This document shows positions 17,996 to 27,890 of a stretch of DNA of 64,000 bases, one piece after another (the first letter of the stretch is position 1; the number at the start of each line of letters is the position of its first letter). Both the position numbers and the translations under genes were made by a program. The stretch is from a virus. Location: the IMG/VR virus record IMGVR_UViG_3300033182_000991, positions 1 to 64,000 of that record. The stretch is one strand, 5' to 3'. The notes beneath the pieces were generated by a model, which was not told where the DNA came from, ran no database searches, and worked only from the letters and a program-made list of their open reading frames with translations.

Positions 17996-20074
17996 ATGGA
18001 AGTCGTTAAAGAACCGCTGAATTATTATCGTGATGGTGTGGACCGTTTTATTGTTGTTACGGTTGCCACGGAAGATAATGATGAACTTTCTCGTTTCAAA
18101 GAATCATGTAAAAGATATAATATCCCATATTTGATATTGGGATTGGGTGACGAATGGAAGAGTGGATATGCTGAAAACGGTGTATTGATTTCTCAGGGTG
18201 GTGCTCAGAAGATTTTGTATCTAAGGGACGAGATGAGAACATGGGATAACTTACAGGATACCATTGTAATGTTTACAGATTCTTATGACGTGGTATTCAA
18301 TGGTGGGCCAAAACAAATTATTGATACATTTAGAAATATGAAGTCACCGATAGTGTTTGGTGCTGAGAAGACATGTTGGCCTGATGAGGATATTAAGACT
18401 ATGTATCCTAATACTCCGAGTGAATATAAGTATTTGAACTCAGGTGGTTTCATTGGTTATGGTGACCATATCTTTGAGATGATTAACAAAGACATCTCAA
18501 TTGAAGAGGATGACCAAAGGTACTACACCAATTACTTTTTAAGTACTGGTGGCGAGATTCCTGATAAGTTAGATTACGATTCAATTAAACCAAACCCATA
18601 TGAACCACACGAAAACGGTTCACCATTCGGGTGGATGAGTGAGACTTATTTTGATGAACACATTTATAAATACATCACAGGTAAGTGGGGTGAACATGCT
18701 ACTATGTTGGACATCGGTGGTGGTGATGGTAAGTGGGCACATGTATTAGGTTCATATATAAGAGACATTGATTGTGTTGAGGTCTTTGAGCCGTATGTTG
18801 AGAGGTATAACCTCAAAGAGATGTATAGGAATGTGTATGTTCAGAATTTCTTGGACTTTGACTTTGAACACTACCATATCGTGGTTATGGGTGATGTCTT
18901 TGAACACGTCACTCAAGAACAGGCGTTTGAATGGTTAACGAAGGTTAGGGATAAAGTAGATGAAATTATTATCATTGTTCCTTTTGAGTATGTGCAGGAT
19001 TGGGACGGTGTGTATGAAAATGTATATGGACATCACCACCAACCCGATTTGACACCTACAAATATGTTGGAGAGATATCCGATGTTGGAACTGATGGCTT
19101 GGACAGAACAAAAAAGTGTCTCTGAGGAAGGAAGTGGATTCGGTTGGTACGGATGGAAAGGAATGAAGAATAGAGTTGCCAATAATATTAAATTGGATTA
19201 CAACCAACAGATATTTCAAACTCTCAACCTATCATTGGATGAGATGAGGTTGAACAACTTGGAAGGTAAGGTATATAATAACAAGAAAAAAGTAACACCT
19301 TTGGTTATTCATGCGAATGGACCTTCAGATGTTAAAAACTATTTGTCAGAAATTGAAGATGTGGTATTGGGTAAGAACCTCTTTAAGAAGAAGATTATTG
19401 AGGTGACCAATAGAACGGTATTGATTAACGTATTTGCGGATAGACCTGTGGATGACCTTAATCAAGTGTTTGACCAAATTAGGTATTTGGAGTTCCCAAA
19501 GAAAAATATCTTTATCAACATATTATACTCTGACGTGTCTCACGAATATAAGATTGAAAAGTTTATTGATGAGTTCTCATCCGAATACATTGGTATTGAT
19601 ATGATTTATGTTAGAGGTGATGAAGTGGTATTGAGAGACAGGGCGTTGGAGTTAAGTATGAACTCACACATGGACTATTCATTATTAATGGATTGTAATT
19701 ACATTTTCAGAAACAGAAAGTCCTTACAAAGACTTATTGGTGAAGATAAGTACATTATTACTCCGATGATTAATAGTGAAGGTACAGAGTGGGTAAACTT
19801 CTTCTTCAATGTGGATGAAAATGGAAGGTTTGTTCCTTCAGATGAACAACAAGCAATCAAAGATTATCAGATACAGGATACATTCAGTGTTGGTTATACT
19901 GCTGGTATGTGGTTAATCAGTAATGAGATTATTATGAGGATACAAAACTATTTCAGTAAAAATATTGAAAGATATGGAACTGATAATTACGATATTTGTT
20001 TTTCACACAATCTGAGGGAGAGGGGATTTTATTTATATCTCACCAACAAAAGTTATTATGGTGGTGTAATATAA
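17996..20074 (+). CDS. PLOD/LH3-like glycosyltransferase plus accessory domain with inserted class I SAM methyltransferase
   Basis: VTVAT, LGLGDEW, GGAQKI, MFTDSYD, FGAEKTCWP, LNSGGFIG, DDQ, LDY..IFQ.LN, HANG, IITPM, DICFSHNLRERG.YLYL; insert LDIGGGDG..VEVF..MGDVFEH. Confidence 0.85.
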   Translation: MEVVKEPLNYYRDGVDRFIVVTVATEDNDELSRFKESCKRYNIPYLILGLGDEWKSGYAENGVLISQGGAQKILYLRDEMRTWDNLQDTIVMFTDSYDVVFNGGPKQIIDTFRNMKSPIVFGAEKTCWPDEDIKTMYPNTPSEYKYLNSGGFIGYGDHIFEMINKDISIEEDDQRYYTNYFLSTGGEIPDKLDYDSIKPNPYEPHENGSPFGWMSETYFDEHIYKYITGKWGEHATMLDIGGGDGKWAHVLGSYIRDIDCVEVFEPYVERYNLKEMYRNVYVQNFLDFDFEHYHIVVMGDVFEHVTQEQAFEWLTKVRDKVDEIIIIVPFEYVQDWDGVYENVYGHHHQPDLTPTNMLERYPMLELMAWTEQKSVSEEGSGFGWYGWKGMKNRVANNIKLDYNQQIFQTLNLSLDEMRLNNLEGKVYNNKKKVTPLVIHANGPSDVKNYLSEIEDVVLGKNLFKKKIIEVTNRTVLINVFADRPVDDLNQVFDQIRYLEFPKKNIFINILYSDVSHEYKIEKFIDEFSSEYIGIDMIYVRGDEVVLRDRALELSMNSHMDYSLLMDCNYIFRNRKSLQRLIGEDKYIITPMINSEGTEWVNFFFNVDENGRFVPSDEQQAIKDYQIQDTFSVGYTAGMWLISNEIIMRIQNYFSKNIERYGTDNYDICFSHNLRERGFYLYLTNKSYYGGVI

Positions 20075-20083
20075 TGTTAATAA

Positions 20084-20110
20084 GAGGGAGTTGTCTCCCT
20101 CTTTTCTTTT
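20084..20110 (+). terminator. intrinsic terminator
   Basis: agaggga-gttgtc-tccctct followed by T run. Confidence 0.7.
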
Positions 20111-20133
20111 TATTATACTTTGGGTAAACAAAA

Positions 20134-21822
20134 TTGTTTATGGAGACTCATTTCAAATTTCAGGACCAAACTGCGTGGATGTGGACATTCAATAACGAAT
20201 GTTCCATTGACGATTCCCCTAATAATATTCAAGACGATTTTGGTTTTAGATATAATGGACCTTCAAGTAAGAAACCATTGTGGGTTAAGAAACAAAAGGT
20301 CATCCTAAAAAGTGATGAGGACATCAAAGAATACTATGGTGACCAAACCAAATCTGTGTTCATTGAACGTGCTACATTGGTTGTTGAAGAGAAAGAGAAT
20401 TCAATAGCAATAAAGTTATATAACTTTTCTAAGGGTCGCAAGGTGGGTACATCCTATTTCGGTGTCACCCAACAGTTGTCATATGTGACTTATAACAAAA
20501 AGTATAATAACTTTTATTCGGGTATTCGTGTTCGTGGTAAGAAGAAAGTTAAGGGTGGTTCTATCAAGGTTAATAAATGGAATGATATTACATCCATCCT
20601 TTCCCATATGGTTCAGGTTATCAATGAGATTTCATTGTCAGGAACAGATTCAATGTGGTTGGACACCAAACATGGTTGGCAACAACTAAGGTCTGCGGTC
20701 AACATCTTCAATGAGAAGTTAGGTGTTTCTCATAAGTTTGATGATATTCAGAAACTGGTTGATAGTTTGTTTTTGTTTTACTACAAAGAGAACGGATTCA
20801 AACTACCTGATGGTCCATTTAAGTTTATGAATGTTCCGTTAAGTAAGGCTAAATTGAAGAAAACGGATTCTGTGGTGGATGCCTTTATGAAAATTTATGG
20901 TTATAGAGGTAAAAAGGTTAGAGGTATATTGAACTCACCTGATGAAGTTGACTACTACACCTTAAACTACCTTTATAATATGTTGGGTGTAGACTTCTTC
21001 AATAAGTTGGACCTCACTTTCACTTTCAATACCGCACAGGCAACACGTAATATGGGTATGGGTATGAGTAGTTATTATGAAGACTGTGGGTTGAATAATA
21101 GTGAGAAGAGTGCGATTGTAGATTTATGTAACGACTATGTGAAAAAGACTCAAGGGACCTCAATCATCAGTGTTGAACACTCATTGGTATCATTACTTAG
21201 AGACCACCTAAGGTTCAAAAACAATCTCAGGGAATTTGATGTGGATGTTAAGTTCAAAGCCAGAAATAAAGAGGAATTCAATCGTGAACATGATGAATGG
21301 ACCAACACTTTGGACAGTTACAAACACGGTATCATTGAAAGGAATTACCCTGAGATGATGGTCAAAGAATTACAAGAGATTATTATGGGTCCACATATGG
21401 ATTACTATCCTGTGTTATTGAGGAATAGTGATGACTACAATGAAGAGAGTGGACATCAAAAGAACTGTGTAAGAACGTATATTGAAAGACCTGACTGCTT
21501 CATCATCTCTATTAGAGAAGGTAGTAGAAACGGTAAGGAGAGGGCTACCATTGAGTTCAGATATGATAAGGGTGGTCACCCTACCAATGTTCAAGCATTG
21601 GGACGATTCAATGAGTTACTAAATACCAACTGGAACTATGTGTTGGAGGAGATTCAAAACAGGGTAAAAAGGTTAAGTGAGTTGAGAGTTATTGAGGTTC
21701 CTAAGATGAAAAAGACGTTTCCAAATGGTAAAGAAGTCACCAGACAATCCTATTGGAATAAAAAAATGTTGGTGTGGGACAACACTGACGGAACAAAAGA
21801 TGATTTTTTTGATTTCTTTTAA
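20134..21822 (+). CDS. PcfJ-like domain protein
   Basis: C-terminal EESGHQKNCVRTY..IISIR..RATIEF..VQALGRFN. Confidence 0.7.
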   Translation: MFMETHFKFQDQTAWMWTFNNECSIDDSPNNIQDDFGFRYNGPSSKKPLWVKKQKVILKSDEDIKEYYGDQTKSVFIERATLVVEEKENSIAIKLYNFSKGRKVGTSYFGVTQQLSYVTYNKKYNNFYSGIRVRGKKKVKGGSIKVNKWNDITSILSHMVQVINEISLSGTDSMWLDTKHGWQQLRSAVNIFNEKLGVSHKFDDIQKLVDSLFLFYYKENGFKLPDGPFKFMNVPLSKAKLKKTDSVVDAFMKIYGYRGKKVRGILNSPDEVDYYTLNYLYNMLGVDFFNKLDLTFTFNTAQATRNMGMGMSSYYEDCGLNNSEKSAIVDLCNDYVKKTQGTSIISVEHSLVSLLRDHLRFKNNLREFDVDVKFKARNKEEFNREHDEWTNTLDSYKHGIIERNYPEMMVKELQEIIMGPHMDYYPVLLRNSDDYNEESGHQKNCVRTYIERPDCFIISIREGSRNGKERATIEFRYDKGGHPTNVQALGRFNELLNTNWNYVLEEIQNRVKRLSELRVIEVPKMKKTFPNGKEVTRQSYWNKKMLVWDNTDGTKDDFFDFF

Positions 21823-21904
21823 CAGATACTTGTTTTTGTGAATTTATTTCGTATATATTTGTAGAGTTAAAACAAGTCAAACATTTAATAATTAGAAAAC
21901 CGAA

Positions 21905-22039
21905 ATGGCAAAACTAAACTCAATGGGAAAATTGGAGACACCACGCAAGTCTCGTCCAGGTGTTCACTCAAAGAACAACACGTCTCGTAACAAAACATCA
22001 AAAAATTACAAAAAGAAATATCGTGGTCAAGGAAGGTAA
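21905..22039 (+). CDS. small highly basic protein (44 aa), not in ORF track
   Basis: MAKLNSMGKLETPRKSRPGVHSKNNTSRNKTSKNYKKKYRGQGR*; TATATTTG promoter at 21854. Confidence 0.7.
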   Translation: MAKLNSMGKLETPRKSRPGVHSKNNTSRNKTSKNYKKKYRGQGR

Positions 22040-22104
22040 AACGATATATACCCAAACCGAAACCAATACCTCATGGAATAATGGGGCAATTAACCTGTAT
22101 ATCA

Positions 22105-22133
22105 AAGGCCGAAGGAACACTTCGGCTTTTTTT
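22105..22133 (+). terminator. intrinsic terminator just upstream of TonB-dependent receptor gene
   Basis: gccgaag-gaaca-cttcggc followed by T run. Confidence 0.75.
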
Positions 22134-22159
22134 ATAATAAATAAACAAAATAAATTAAC

Positions 22160-24688
22160 ATGAAAAAAGTAAATTTATTGGCCTTACTTGCTGGGGCATT
22201 ATTGACAGTAAACAGTGCCTTCGCTCAAGAGGCCCAAAATCTTGAAGCACTTGATTCCCTGTTCAACTCAGAAACATTGGACGAGGTCGTTGTAACGTCG
22301 GGAGTCATTGATATTGCTAAGGTAAGAGAAACACCAATTGCGGTATCTACGATTTCACCATCAGAAATCACATTGAAGACGGGTAACCAAGAGTTCCCTG
22401 AAATCATGAACAACACACCAGGTGTATACGCAACTAAACAAGGTGGTGGTTACGGTGACTCACGTTTGTCACTTCGTGGTTTTGACCAACGTAACACTTC
22501 TTTCCTTATTAACGGACAGCCCGTGAACGATATGGAGAATGGTTGGGTGTATTGGTCTAACTGGCAAGGTTTGACTGACGTGGCATCAGGTATTCAAATC
22601 CAAAGAGGTTTGGGAGCGTCACGTTTGGCGGTTCCATCTGTGGGTGGTACGGTATCTATCTTCACTAAAGCGGCTCAGAAGTCGGAAGGTGGTTCGGTAT
22701 CTCAGGTGGTAGGTAACAATGGTTACTTGAAAACAACTGTTAACTACAACACTGGTAAGAACGAGGATGGATGGGCAACATCATTCTTGTTGAGTAAATG
22801 GCAAGGTAACGGATATGTATACAACACTTCAGGTGAAGGTTGGACATACTTCGGTGCTGTTGGTTATGAACCAAAGGGTTCTGACCACAAATTGAACCTT
22901 TCTATCTTGGGTGCTGGTCAATGGCACCACCAAAGAGATGTATATGTTTCTATTCGTGACTATGAATACTTTGGTGAGGAAGGTATTGACCCTCGTTGGA
23001 ATTCTAACGGTGGTACCTTGAATGGTGAGGAGTTCTCTATGAGAAGAAACTTCTACAACAAACCATTGGCAACGTTCAACTGGGATTGGGACATCAATTC
23101 TACTTGGACGCTAAACACATCTTTCTACGGTTCGGCAGGTCGTGGTGGTGGTACTGGTCCTCGTGGTCGTAACTACTACAACGCAGAGACTGATATCTTA
23201 CCTTATCAGAAAGATTTGTATGAACACTACGTAGTAAACGGTCGTGGTTCTCGTAACGAGGATGGGTCAATTGACTTCGATGCGTTGGTTGCTTACAACC
23301 AAGCGAACACTGACGGTTACACAGGTGACTTACCATTCGGTGGTCAGTTGATTGGTTCTAACGGTTTCCGTGATTCAAATGTAAACAGAGCGGTTATCGT
23401 TCGTAGAGCATCTATGAACTCTCACGACTGGGTTGGTGCTATCTCTAACTTGGAAGGTGAGTTCGGTAATTGGACTACATCTATTGGTGTTGACCTTCGT
23501 AACTACAAAGGTTACCACTACCGTGTGTTGAATGACTTGATGGGTCTTGACGGTTACTATTCAACAGGTAACAAGAACTCAGCAGGACAAATCATCAACA
23601 CTACTGTAAATGCTTCTCCATTCAACAACACAGGTTTGAACGGTCCTAAGATTGACTACTTCAACACTGGTTTAGTAAGATGGGGTGGTTTGAACGGTAT
23701 GGTCGAATACAACGAAGATGGTAAATACAATGCTGTCATTCAAGCGGGTGTATCAAATCAGTCTTACCAAAGAGAAGACTTCTTTGACCAACCAGCACTT
23801 CCAACATCTGACGTTCACAGTCAGTTAGGTGGTTATGTTAAGGGTGGTGCAAACTACAATATGAACGAAAGTTCTAACATCTTCTTCAACGCAGGTTACA
23901 TCTCACGTCAACCTATGTTTGATGCGGTATTCCCTAACTACGCTAACTTGGTTAATGAAGAGTTACAGAATGAAGAAATCACTTCAGTTGAGATGGGTTA
24001 CGGTTATGTAACAAATGACTTGGTTGTTAATGTTAACGCTTACTCTACAAATTGGGGTAACCGTTTCATCACACGTTCTTTGTCTAACTCTCAAGGTGTT
24101 GACGGTTTCGCACAGTTCAAAGACATTGATGTTCGTCACAATGGTATTGAGGTTGAAGGTAAATATACAGTTAACAACAACTTGAAACTTAAAGGTATGA
24201 TGTCTGCAGGTGACTGGAGATATACTAAGGACTTTACTGCTACATTGTTTGACGAACAACAACAAGAGATTGGTACTGGTACATTGTATTTGAAAGATGC
24301 TAAGGTAGGTGATGCGGCTCAGTTCGTAACGAGCTTGGGTGCTGACTACAGAGTAGGTAAAGTGAACTTGGATGCAAACTACCGTTTTGTTGATGGTCTT
24401 TACGCTGACTACAACATCTTGGATGACGTGTTTACTGCTCCTGATAACGCAGGCGCATTGAAACTACCATCTTACGGATTGGTTGATATGGGTATGACTA
24501 CTCGTTTGGGTAAGATGACTCTTCGTTTGAATGTGAACAACTTGTTGAACACAACTTACATTGCAGAGTCTAATACTAACATCCACGCAACTGAGACTTC
24601 AGAGACTTGGAATGGTATTGATACTCGTAACTTCGTTTGGTTCGGTTTCGGTAGAACATGGAACGCAAGTTTGAAATACAACTTCTAA
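22160..24688 (+). CDS. TonB-dependent outer-membrane receptor
   Basis: Signal peptide, LDEVVVT, plug (LRGF..LINGQPVND..IQIQRG), beta-barrel, C-terminal GRTWNASLKYNF. Confidence 0.92.
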   Translation: MKKVNLLALLAGALLTVNSAFAQEAQNLEALDSLFNSETLDEVVVTSGVIDIAKVRETPIAVSTISPSEITLKTGNQEFPEIMNNTPGVYATKQGGGYGDSRLSLRGFDQRNTSFLINGQPVNDMENGWVYWSNWQGLTDVASGIQIQRGLGASRLAVPSVGGTVSIFTKAAQKSEGGSVSQVVGNNGYLKTTVNYNTGKNEDGWATSFLLSKWQGNGYVYNTSGEGWTYFGAVGYEPKGSDHKLNLSILGAGQWHHQRDVYVSIRDYEYFGEEGIDPRWNSNGGTLNGEEFSMRRNFYNKPLATFNWDWDINSTWTLNTSFYGSAGRGGGTGPRGRNYYNAETDILPYQKDLYEHYVVNGRGSRNEDGSIDFDALVAYNQANTDGYTGDLPFGGQLIGSNGFRDSNVNRAVIVRRASMNSHDWVGAISNLEGEFGNWTTSIGVDLRNYKGYHYRVLNDLMGLDGYYSTGNKNSAGQIINTTVNASPFNNTGLNGPKIDYFNTGLVRWGGLNGMVEYNEDGKYNAVIQAGVSNQSYQREDFFDQPALPTSDVHSQLGGYVKGGANYNMNESSNIFFNAGYISRQPMFDAVFPNYANLVNEELQNEEITSVEMGYGYVTNDLVVNVNAYSTNWGNRFITRSLSNSQGVDGFAQFKDIDVRHNGIEVEGKYTVNNNLKLKGMMSAGDWRYTKDFTATLFDEQQQEIGTGTLYLKDAKVGDAAQFVTSLGADYRVGKVNLDANYRFVDGLYADYNILDDVFTAPDNAGALKLPSYGLVDMGMTTRLGKMTLRLNVNNLLNTTYIAESNTNIHATETSETWNGIDTRNFVWFGFGRTWNASLKYNF

Positions 24689-24710
24689 TAAAAAAGTTGA
24701 AATATTTTAT

Positions 24711-24740
24711 GGAGGGAGTTTGACTCCCTCCTTTTTTTTG
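24711..24740 (+). terminator. intrinsic terminator
   Basis: ggagggagt-ttg-actccctcc followed by T8. Confidence 0.8.
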
Positions 24741-24775
24741 TCTAATTTTGTCATAAACATTAAATAAAATAAAAA

Positions 24776-24958
24776 ATGGCGAAACTAATTAGAGTTGAAA
24801 CGGATTACCGTTTCTACGCAGCAGAACTGAAAGATGAGCAATACGCTCTTTATCAAGAAGACGAAGACCAATTTTGGGATGAGTTTTGGGATTGGGACGT
24901 GGAATTTGAATTCACACGTGACAAAGATGGTGGAACCGATTATCATATCGAAGAATAA
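24776..24958 (+). CDS. small acidic hypothetical protein
   Basis: 60 aa after TAATTTTG promoter. Confidence 0.6.
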   Translation: MAKLIRVETDYRFYAAELKDEQYALYQEDEDQFWDEFWDWDVEFEFTRDKDGGTDYHIEE

Positions 24959-24959
24959 G

Positions 24960-25121
24960 ATGGATAAAGTAATTGCACAAAAAGTTAGTGACTACGCCCA
25001 AAAGAACTACAAGATGTTTGAGGGTAAAGAGTTAATCGTTAAAGAAGGTGAAAACGTTTTTTATGTTTCAGACCACAAAGACCGTTCGCCATTAATCTTA
25101 GGTAAATCAATTCTAAATTAA
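24960..25121 (+). CDS. hypothetical protein
   Basis: MDKVIAQK.. start right after previous stop. Confidence 0.55.
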   Translation: MDKVIAQKVSDYAQKNYKMFEGKELIVKEGENVFYVSDHKDRSPLILGKSILN

Positions 25122-25129
25122 TAAATAAA

Positions 25130-25735
25130 ATGGCAAACTATCTAAAAAGTATGATTGAGGTCCACGGCAATGAAGAGGTTGTTAAGAAGGTGGACGAACT
25201 ATTAGAAGGAGTTCAATACAGTGATGTATCTTCTTTCGCTAAAGCGTTTTACGAAAATGTGGAAATGGGTGAAAATGGTGAAGGTGTGTTGAATACGTGG
25301 TCCGCAGAAAACTTAGGTTCAAAGTGGACTTACTTATATGACATCCAAGGTGATGGAGAATTCAGTGTAGAATCAGCATGGTACCCACCATTACGTTTCT
25401 TCGTTCACCTGTATAATATGTTGGTGGAGTTGGACCCTGAAGTATTCATTGAGGTTCGTTATGAAGATGAGTCTTACAAACCTGTAGGTGCAGTCGTAAT
25501 TAAGAAAGACAGTGACGGAGACCCTGTTATCTACCAAGATGAGGATGAAGAAATGGAATATCCTGATGAGGACGATTACTGGGACGACGATGAAGATGAC
25601 GTAGACTACGATGCGTTTGATGACGCTACGATGAACTTCATGGAAGAGCTCGCAGAACGTCAAGATGAGATGGTTGTGTTCTGTCACGACATGATTTCAG
25701 ACGGTGATGGGGAACCAATTAACGAAGTAGAATAA
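25130..25735 (+). CDS. YubB/DUF1281-like ferredoxin-fold protein
   Basis: N..IEVHG, NLGSKW, ESAWYPP, YEDE motifs. Confidence 0.55.
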   Translation: MANYLKSMIEVHGNEEVVKKVDELLEGVQYSDVSSFAKAFYENVEMGENGEGVLNTWSAENLGSKWTYLYDIQGDGEFSVESAWYPPLRFFVHLYNMLVELDPEVFIEVRYEDESYKPVGAVVIKKDSDGDPVIYQDEDEEMEYPDEDDYWDDDEDDVDYDAFDDATMNFMEELAERQDEMVVFCHDMISDGDGEPINEVE

Positions 25736-25816
25736 AATTAAGGGGGGTCATCCCCCTTTTTTATTGATATTTTGGGGTAAGACCCCCATAATTATAGGGT
25801 ATAAAACAATATTTCT

Positions 25817-26944
25817 ATGAAAATTAAATTAGAATACATCTGGTTGGACGGTTACTACCCTGAGCCAAACCTGAGAAGTAAAGTAAAGGTAGTGAATGCA
25901 CCGACGCACGAGGTGAATGGAAAGAAAGTTCACGGTGTGGGATTAAATGATTGTCCTATGTGGGGATTTGATGGTTCATCAACACGTCAGGCTGAGGGAC
26001 ATTTCTCTGATTGTCTTTTGAAACCAGTAAGGTTGTATCCAAACCCAATGAATAAGGGTATGTTGGATAGTTACTTGGTTTTGTGTGAGGTATTGAACCC
26101 TGATGGGACACCTCACGAGACTAACACTCGTCATTTGATTGGTGAGGAAGAAGAAGGGTTGTGGTTCGGTTTTGAACAGGAATACACAATCATGAAGGAC
26201 GGTAAGCCGTTAGGTTTCCCAACGAATGGATATCCTGAACCACAGGGTAAGTATTACTGTGGTGTGGGTAACGGACAGGTTCACGGTCGTGAGTTTGTGG
26301 AACAACATATGGAGAACTGTATTATGGCTGGTATTGATATTACTGGTACCAATGCTGAGGTGATGTTAGGTCAATGGGAATACCAAGTTTTCGGTAAAGG
26401 AAAGTTAAAGGCGTCTGATGACCTATGGGTTTCTCGTTATATGTTAAACCAAATGTCTGAGGACTATGGTTTCAAGATTGAATTCCACCCGAAACCTGTG
26501 ACTGGTGATTGGAACGGTTCTGGTCTACACTGTAACTTCTCTAATGTGAAGATGAGAGAAGAGGGTGGTAAGGAGTACTTTGATGCTATCTTCAAAACTT
26601 TTGAGGGTCGTCACTTGGAACACATTAAGTGTTACGGTTCATCTAACGAGATGAGGTTGACAGGTCTTCACGAGACTCAAAGTATTGATAAATTCAGTTG
26701 GGGTGTATCTGACAGAGGTGCGTCTATCCGTGTTCCTTTATCTACTTCTGAAGATTGGAAGGGATATGTGGAAGATAGAAGACCAGCATCCAACGCAGAC
26801 CCATACAGAATTACTTACATCATTGCTCAGTCTATTGGTCAAGCTGAAGAGTTGGAAAAAACTTTACACAATATGTATAGTGAAGTAGAGGTTAGTGAAG
26901 AAGTGAAAGACCTTTACGAGGAAACAGTAAATAATGGAAAGTAA
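25817..26944 (+). CDS. glnA: glutamine synthetase, type II
   Basis: LEYIWLDG, FDGSST, FEQEY, NAEVMLGQWEYQ, HPKP..DWNGSGLH, RLTGLHET, RGASIRVP, EDRRPASNADPY. Confidence 0.95.
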   Translation: MKIKLEYIWLDGYYPEPNLRSKVKVVNAPTHEVNGKKVHGVGLNDCPMWGFDGSSTRQAEGHFSDCLLKPVRLYPNPMNKGMLDSYLVLCEVLNPDGTPHETNTRHLIGEEEEGLWFGFEQEYTIMKDGKPLGFPTNGYPEPQGKYYCGVGNGQVHGREFVEQHMENCIMAGIDITGTNAEVMLGQWEYQVFGKGKLKASDDLWVSRYMLNQMSEDYGFKIEFHPKPVTGDWNGSGLHCNFSNVKMREEGGKEYFDAIFKTFEGRHLEHIKCYGSSNEMRLTGLHETQSIDKFSWGVSDRGASIRVPLSTSEDWKGYVEDRRPASNADPYRITYIIAQSIGQAEELEKTLHNMYSEVEVSEEVKDLYEETVNNGK

Positions 26945-27275
26945 ATTATCAGAAAAGATTATTGAATTAGTTGAAAAGAGAGTGGGTGAATACCCCTCTC
27001 TTATTCAATCTGGTTGGTACCCCAAAGATGTTGTTATGACCTTATTGAAAAAGGGTAATAAAGAGATTTGGGGGAATAGTATCGTTGATGATGAGATAGA
27101 TAGATACGAAGGAGTTATTGAGTTTAGTGAAGGTTTTTCGTATATTTACTATAAGAGGAATGAGGATGATACAACCTATTGGTTGGTGTGTCTAACCAGT
27201 GAAAAGGGTCGTGATGGTATCTTATTCTTTATTAACAGTATTAAAAAACAAAAAATTAAATTACCATGGTATTAA
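26934..27275 (+). CDS. hypothetical protein
   Basis: 113 aa, overlapping operon packing. Confidence 0.6.
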   Translation: MESKLSEKIIELVEKRVGEYPSLIQSGWYPKDVVMTLLKKGNKEIWGNSIVDDEIDRYEGVIEFSEGFSYIYYKRNEDDTTYWLVCLTSEKGRDGILFFINSIKKQKIKLPWY

Positions 27276-27583
27276 CTTCACAAGAGTTGAGAGAAAAAAT
27301 GAATAGCGGTGAGAAGTTCATCGTTGACATGTATGCTGATTGGTGTGGACCTTGCCGAGTGTTGGGACCTATCGTTGAAAGGTATGCAACAAAATTAAAA
27401 GAAGAAGGTTCTGAGGTAGGTGTCTACAAGTTTGACATTGAATCAGATAAAGAGTTGGCTGTTGAGATGGGTGTTCGTTCTATCCCAACGATTAAAGCGG
27501 TATCTAATGGTGAGGTTATCGCAACTAAGACGGGTATCTTGCAAGAGGCTCAACTTGATGAATTGAAACAAACTATCCTGTAA
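27266..27583 (+). CDS. trxA: thioredoxin
   Basis: YADWCGPC, VRSIPT. Confidence 0.92.
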   Translation: MVLTSQELREKMNSGEKFIVDMYADWCGPCRVLGPIVERYATKLKEEGSEVGVYKFDIESDKELAVEMGVRSIPTIKAVSNGEVIATKTGILQEAQLDELKQTIL

Positions 27584-27861
27584 TGAAACAAGTTGTATTA
27601 TATTCTATGAAGGGTTGTCCTTTCTGTGACCAAATGAAAGACTTATTGAAGGAGTCTAAAATTTCATATATTGAAAGAGACATTGACGACCACGAAAGGG
27701 AATATGATAATTTCGTTCAAGCGACAGGTAATGAATTTATTCCAGCGTTTATGTTGATTGAACATAAAGGTGAGGAAGTGTTGGATGTAAAACTGATGGC
27801 CCCTGATAGGGATTTTGAGGACATCCATGAGGCATTAGAAAAAGTAAAACAATTCGTATAA
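27583..27861 (+). CDS. glutaredoxin-like protein
   Basis: LYSMKGCPFC, FIPAF. Confidence 0.85.
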   Translation: MKQVVLYSMKGCPFCDQMKDLLKESKISYIERDIDDHEREYDNFVQATGNEFIPAFMLIEHKGEEVLDVKLMAPDRDFEDIHEALEKVKQFV

Positions 27862-27890
27862 AAAAAGGGGACTTCGGTCCCCTTTCTTTT
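27861..27890. terminator. bidirectional intrinsic terminator
   Basis: aaaggggac-ttcg-gtccccttt between convergent genes. Confidence 0.8.
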
